The notes under the pieces were generated by a model. The model had not been told where the DNA came from. It searched no databases and was given only the letters and a program-made list of their open reading frames with translations. From Chthonomonadales bacterium (GTDB taxonomy: Bacteria; Armatimonadota; Chthonomonadetes; Chthonomonadales; CAJBBX01), in contig JBBIPC010000018.1 of NCBI GenBank assembly GCA_037443035.1, positions 72,060-83,800 on the forward strand: a stretch of 11,741 nt of DNA, in the 5' to 3' direction. Both the position numbers and the translations under genes were made by a program. This document shows positions 7,785 through 11,741 of the stretch, piece after piece (position 1 is the stretch's first letter; each line of letters opens with the position of its first letter).

Positions 7785-8435
7785 TTACCCGACCTGCTCA
7801 GTCTCGCCCTCGGCGGGCTCTGTGGCTTCTGTGCTGTTCGCTGCTGGTTGTTCTGCAGCAGTTACTGTTTCCGTGCCCACAGCCTCGTCAGTGGCCTCCG
7901 TCACGACCGCAGCCGGCGCTTGTTCAACGGTTGCTGCGGGTGCGACTTCCGCCGGGGCCTGTGTAGCCGTGGCTACCCGTCCCGCCGCCCGAGCACGACG
8001 GGCTGCAGTGACCCGCCGAGGCTTCGGCGGCTTTGGCGCAGTTTCCTCGAGCACCACGCTGATGTGGCACATTCGCTTGAGGATGCGATAGGCCCGTCCC
8101 TGGGCCCGAGGCTGGATTCGCTTGATGCGTGGCCCCTCATCCACCTGACCTCGAACGAGCTTCAGATTATCGGTATTGAGCGGCGGCAGTGCTCTTCCTT
8201 GGTCGTCGTATGGCCTACCATTCTCGGCGTTCGCAACGGCTGATCTCACCACCTTCTCGATAGCCCGCGCCGCGAAGTTCGGCACGAACCTCAGTGTGGC
8301 CAGCGCATCGCTCACGTACTTCCCCCGAACCGCATCCAGCACCAATCGGGCTTTACGCGGTGGGACCCGCACGAACCGGGCCGTGGCCCTCACCTGATTG
8401 TCCTTCAGTTGTCGTGGCTTACTCGATTTGCCCAT
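7785..8435 (-). CDS. rplV: 50S ribosomal protein L22 (uL22), with an 85-aa C-terminal extension
   Basis: PRKARLV, SAVANAEN, VDEGP and PRAQGRA motifs; AAGGA at 8444-8448. Confidence 0.97.
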   Translation of the reverse strand: MGKSSKPRQLKDNQVRATARFVRVPPRKARLVLDAVRGKYVSDALATLRFVPNFAARAIEKVVRSAVANAENGRPYDDQGRALPPLNTDNLKLVRGQVDEGPRIKRIQPRAQGRAYRILKRMCHISVVLEETAPKPPKPRRVTAARRARAAGRVATATQAPAEVAPAATVEQAPAAVVTEATDEAVGTETVTAAEQPAANSTEATEPAEGETEQVG

Positions 8436-8450
8436 AGCATGTATCCTTGG

Positions 8451-8738
8451 CTATCGCACCTGGGTCCGGCGTTCGACTTGCTGCCCAGCATGGCCCCGGA
8501 ACAGGCGGGTCACAGCGAACTCACCGAGCTTGTGGCCGACCATGTTCTCTGTGACGAACACAGGTACGTGCTTGCGTCCGTCGTAGACCAAGAACGTGTG
8601 CCCGATGAACTCGGGGAAGATGGTGGACCTACGCGACCAGGTCTTGATCGCCTTCTTCTCTCCGGTCTTGTTCATCTGCTCTACCTTCGCGAGCAGTTTG
8701 GGATCGGCATACGGTCCTTTCTTCAGCGAACGACCCAT
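8451..8738 (-). CDS. rpsS: 30S ribosomal protein S19 (uS19)
   Basis: [17 protein letters not shown] and MVGHKLGEF motifs. Start moved from 9026 to the ATG at 8738, with AGGAG at 8746-8750. Confidence 0.98.
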   Translation of the reverse strand: MGRSLKKGPYADPKLLAKVEQMNKTGEKKAIKTWSRRSTIFPEFIGHTFLVYDGRKHVPVFVTENMVGHKLGEFAVTRLFRGHAGQQVERRTQVR

Positions 8739-8752
8739 GACTGTGCTCCTGC

Positions 8753-9586
8753 CTACTTCGCACCGCGTCTGCGGACGATGTACTTGTTCGTGGCCTTGTT
8801 GCGCCGCGTCTTGTAGCCTAGCGCCGGCTTGCCGGCCGGTGTCGCCGGTCCTTTCTTGCGACCAACCGGCGATTTGCCTTCGCCACCACCATGCGGATGA
8901 TCGCGCGGGGTCATGGCAACCCCACGCACGTGGGGCCGCTTCCCTGCCCAGCGTGTCTTGCCAGCTTTTCCGGCCGACTCGTTCTCGTGCTCCACATTGC
9001 CGACCTGACCTACAGTGGCGACGCAATCAATGAGCACCCGACGGACTTCCGTGGATGGTAGCCGGACTTGGGCGTACTTACCTTCTTTCGCCATGAGCTG
9101 GGCGAAGGCACCAGCGCTTCTGACCATCTGGCCTCCCCGGCCAGGAGTCAGCTCCACGTTGTGGATCACCGTACCCACAGGTATGTTGCGTAGCGGCAGG
9201 CAATTGCCCGGCTTGATATCGGCATCCGGTCCTGCAAGGATCGTGTCACCGACCTTCAGTCCTACAGGCGCCAGGATATAGCGTTTCTCGCCATCTGCGT
9301 AGTGGATCAGAGCTATCCTCGCAGAGCGATTGGGATCGTACTCGATGGTGGCAACCCTACCCGGTACGCCTACCTTGTCCCGCTTGAAGTCTATCCTGCG
9401 GTACTGCCGCTTATTGCCGCCGCCCCGGAACCGCGCCGTAATCTTCCCCTGATTGTTGCGTCCGCCGCTGTGCTTGAGAGGCTCGAGCAAGGAACGCTCG
9501 GGCTCTGTGGCCGTTATCTCCTCGAACGTGGAGACCGAGCGAAAGCGCCGACTCGGTGTCGTGGGCTTATAGGATCGGAGTGGCAT
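8753..9586 (-). CDS. rplB: 50S ribosomal protein L2 (uL2)
   Basis: [20 protein letters not shown] and DHPHGGGEG motifs. Start moved from 9814 to the ATG at 9586 ([10 protein letters not shown]), 1 nt after the rplW stop; 277 aa. Confidence 0.98.
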   Translation of the reverse strand: MPLRSYKPTTPSRRFRSVSTFEEITATEPERSLLEPLKHSGGRNNQGKITARFRGGGNKRQYRRIDFKRDKVGVPGRVATIEYDPNRSARIALIHYADGEKRYILAPVGLKVGDTILAGPDADIKPGNCLPLRNIPVGTVIHNVELTPGRGGQMVRSAGAFAQLMAKEGKYAQVRLPSTEVRRVLIDCVATVGQVGNVEHENESAGKAGKTRWAGKRPHVRGVAMTPRDHPHGGGEGKSPVGRKKGPATPAGKPALGYKTRRNKATNKYIVRRRGAK

Positions 9587-9587
9587 A

Positions 9588-9878
9588 TCAAAGTCCCTCG
9601 AACATCGTGATGGTCTGGCCTGGCTTGAGCGTGACGATCGCCTTCTTCCAGTCGGACGTGCGACCTTCCGGCATGCGGCCGACTCGCCGCTTCTTGCCGC
9701 GCACCTTGATGGTGTTGACCTTGAGCACTTCCACCTTGAAGATCTTCTCGACAGCCTGCGCGATCTCGATCTTGTTGGCATCCATCGCCACGCGGAAGGT
9801 GTACTTTCCCGCATGGCTCAGGTCCATGCTCTTCTCGGTCAGAAGCGGGCGCTCGATGATGAGATAGGGATCCTTCAT
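9588..9878 (-). CDS. rplW: 50S ribosomal protein L23 (uL23)
   Basis: PLLTEKS, ANKIEI, VNT and WKKAIVTL motifs; ATGA overlap with rplD. Confidence 0.98.
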   Translation of the reverse strand: MKDPYLIIERPLLTEKSMDLSHAGKYTFRVAMDANKIEIAQAVEKIFKVEVLKVNTIKVRGKKRRVGRMPEGRTSDWKKAIVTLKPGQTITMFEGL

Positions 9879-10591
9879 TTGCCCAGAACCTCTTCGATCT
9901 TCGGCACAGCGTCTTGCGCCAGGACGATCCGGTGTGCTCGTACCACATCACGCACGGAAAAGTTGGGTGCATACCGTAGTGTCACGTTCGGGATGTTGCG
10001 GCACGAGCGTAGCAGCACCATGTCGTAATCCGGAACGATGATCAGGACGTCGCACAGGACACTCTTGGTGCCGGTAATCTGAACGACTTGGCCTGCGTTC
10101 TCGCCATTCTCCGCACGCTCCCAGTGCTTGGTCTTCTTTTCCCGCGACAGGGGAAGCGCGCTCAGCATGGAAGTGATATCTTTGGTGCGTATTCTCTCCA
10201 AAGCGATGCGGTCGACGCCGATGACTTCGCCATCGCGCACTTTGGCCGACAGGGCTGCTCGCAGTGCGCCGCGCCGCATTTTCTTCGGTAGGGCCACACT
10301 GTAGTCACGCGGGTGCGGCCCGAACACCACGCCTCCATGCGTCCAATGAGGCGCCCTGGTGCTGCCCTGCCGTGCCCGGCCGGTGCCTTTCTGGCGCCAA
10401 GGCTTGCGCCCGCCACCGCGTACGTCCCCTCGCGTCTTCGTGGCAGCTGTGCCCTGCCGCTCGTTCGCTGCATTCGCTACGACTGCCTGATGGATCAGCG
10501 CCGGGTTGGGCTCGACACCGAAGACGGATTCTGGAAGCGGCAGCGTGCCGACCTGCTCGCCCTGCATAGTGTAGAGTGGTATTTCTGGCAT
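9875..10591 (-). CDS. rplD: 50S ribosomal protein L4 (uL4), with an internal insertion of about 30 aa
   Basis: [23 protein letters not shown] and GGVVFGP motifs; AGGAG SD overlaps the rplC stop. Confidence 0.98.
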   Translation of the reverse strand: MPEIPLYTMQGEQVGTLPLPESVFGVEPNPALIHQAVVANAANERQGTAATKTRGDVRGGGRKPWRQKGTGRARQGSTRAPHWTHGGVVFGPHPRDYSVALPKKMRRGALRAALSAKVRDGEVIGVDRIALERIRTKDITSMLSALPLSREKKTKHWERAENGENAGQVVQITGTKSVLCDVLIIVPDYDMVLLRSCRNIPNVTLRYAPNFSVRDVVRAHRIVLAQDAVPKIEEVLGK

Positions 10592-10603
10592 ACCTGTCGC
10601 CTC

Positions 10604-11245
10604 CTAGATCCGCGTAATCCGCACCAGCCCACCATTGGCGCCGGGCACTGGTCCTTTGACCAGCAGGACATTCTTCTCAGGCAGTATCTGCACGACACGC
10701 AGTCCGCGTACTGTGACGGTCCGCGCACCCATATGCCCGGGCTTGCGCGTTCCTTTGAACGTCCTCGCGGCGTCCGTCGCCCCACTCGACTGCGGTTTGC
10801 GATGCACCATGGAGCCATGCGTCTTGTCACCGCCGTGGAAGTGATGCCGCTTCACTGCTCCGGCGAAGCCCTTACCCTTGGAAACGCCGGTCACCTTGAC
10901 AATATCGCCGACCTCGAACACCTCAGCCACGGTGATCTGCTGGCCGACTCGGTACTCCGAGATGTCCTCGGTCCGCACTTCCTGTAGCGTCTTGCGCGGC
11001 GGCACGTTCGGGTGCTTGGGCTGCTGAAGTCCGCCCCGAAAATGCCCCAACATCGGTTTGTTCACATGCTTGGGCCGGATCTCACCGAAACCGACCTGGA
11101 CGGCGGTATACCCATCCGTCTCCACACTCTTGAGCTGCGTGACAATGCAGGGACCTGCCTCTATCACGGAGACCGGCGTCACGGATCCATCTTCGTTGAA
11201 GATCTGGGTCATGCCGATCTTCTTGCCCAGTATCGTGTCTATCAC
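10604..11245 (-). CDS. rplC: 50S ribosomal protein L3 (uL3), GTG start
   Basis: GKKIGMTQIF, DGYTAVQ, SKGKGFAG, PGHMG and KGPVPG motifs; AAGGAG SD at 11254-11259. Confidence 0.98.
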   Translation of the reverse strand: MIDTILGKKIGMTQIFNEDGSVTPVSVIEAGPCIVTQLKSVETDGYTAVQVGFGEIRPKHVNKPMLGHFRGGLQQPKHPNVPPRKTLQEVRTEDISEYRVGQQITVAEVFEVGDIVKVTGVSKGKGFAGAVKRHHFHGGDKTHGSMVHRKPQSSGATDAARTFKGTRKPGHMGARTVTVRGLRVVQILPEKNVLLVKGPVPGANGGLVRITRI

Positions 11246-11297
11246 CTCTGAAACTCCTTGTCCTGCAGTAACCGACAGAGCGGGTTGCGTATCTCTC

Positions 11298-11615
11298 CTA
11301 GAGCTTCATGTCGATGTCGACCCCGCTTGGGAGGTCGAGTCGCATGAGCGCGTCTATGGTCTTGGCGCCAGGCTCCAGAATGTCAATCAATCGTTTGTGC
11401 GTCCGCATCTCGAAGTGCTCCATGGACTCCTTGTCGATGGTCGTGCCACGGTTGACGCACACAATCCTCTTCTCGGTCGGGAGAAGCACCGGTCCGCTGA
11501 TGCGCGCACCCGTGCGCCGCGCCGTGTCCACGATCATCTCCACTGAGTGATCGAGAAGCCGGTGGTCGAACGCCCTCAGGCGAATACGCACCTTGTTCCG
11601 TTGTGCTGCTGCCAT
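11298..11615 (-). CDS. rpsJ: 30S ribosomal protein S10 (uS10/NusE)
   Basis: [32 protein letters not shown] and LPSGVDI motifs; AGGAG SD at 11622-11626. Confidence 0.98.
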   Translation of the reverse strand: MAAAQRNKVRIRLRAFDHRLLDHSVEMIVDTARRTGARISGPVLLPTEKRIVCVNRGTTIDKESMEHFEMRTHKRLIDILEPGAKTIDALMRLDLPSGVDIDMKL

Positions 11616-11633
11616 CTCGTTCTCCTGATTACA

Positions 11634-11661
11634 TCGGGGGCCCAGTGGTGCAGCCCCCCGA
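11634..11661 (-). promoter_or_regulatory. GC-rich stem-loop between tuf and rpsJ (no U-tract)
   Basis: mRNA reads UCGGGGGGC-UGCACCACUGG-GCCCCCGA (8 bp with one bulged G), between the tuf stop and the rpsJ SD. Confidence 0.5.
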
Positions 11662-11667
11662 CAACCC

Positions 11668-11741
11668 CTACTCGATTATCTTCGTCACGACGCCTGCGCC
11701 GACGGTATGTCCGCCTTCGCGTACAGCGAAGCGGAGACCTT
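11668..11741 (-). CDS. tuf: Elongation factor Tu, C-terminal 23 aa (5'-partial)
   Basis: Translated by hand: [27 protein letters not shown] (TAG at 11668-11670), the hallmark EF-Tu C-terminus. Confidence 0.96.
   Translation of the reverse strand, partial: GLRFAVREGGHTVGAGVVTKIIE

Noticed and set aside
9587..9814. ORF-track N-terminal extension of rplB (likewise rpsS 8739-9026 and rpsE 811-843)
   Set aside because: These overlap the upstream genes out of frame. Homology and SD or coupling positions place the starts at 9586, 8738 and 810.
11246..11297. Possible pairing in the rpsJ-rplC spacer (CUCUG/CAGAG enclosing the SD)
   Set aside because: Only 5-bp or mismatched stems, expected by chance.
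36..11550. Many long plus-strand ORFs (for example 2878-3966, 5139-6068, 1281-1928, 10313-10987)
   Set aside because: Antisense shadows of conserved minus-strand genes in GC-rich DNA; no recognisable motifs.

Overview
GC-rich bacterial chromosomal segment carrying the core S10-spc ribosomal protein superoperon, entirely on the minus strand. In transcription order: 3' end of tuf, rpsJ, rplC, rplD, rplW, rplB, rpsS, rplV, rpsC, rplP, rpmC, rpsQ, rplN, rplX, rplE, [EF-G paralogue], rpsN (Zn-type), rpsH, rplF, rplR, rpsE, rpmD (runs off the left edge; missed by the ORF track). Gene order is canonical apart from one clear exception: a full-length 691-aa EF-G2/EFG II-type paralogue with altered GTPase motifs (G1 GHQGSGKT, catalytic His replaced by Tyr, G4 SRMD) sits between rplE and rpsN. 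Other oddities: a 124-nt structured rplF-rplR spacer holding a 37-codon ORF in frame with rplR; a shared sequence motif spanning the start codons of the EF-G paralogue and rplR; many insertions or tails on r-proteins (uL4, uL22, uL24, uL16, uL30, uS5, uS3); and non-canonical substitutions in conserved loops (uS10, uS5, uL2, uL3). From memory, the protein signatures suggest a Terrabacteria lineage such as Armatimonadota; this is unverified. I found no RNA genes, CRISPR arrays or mobile elements.
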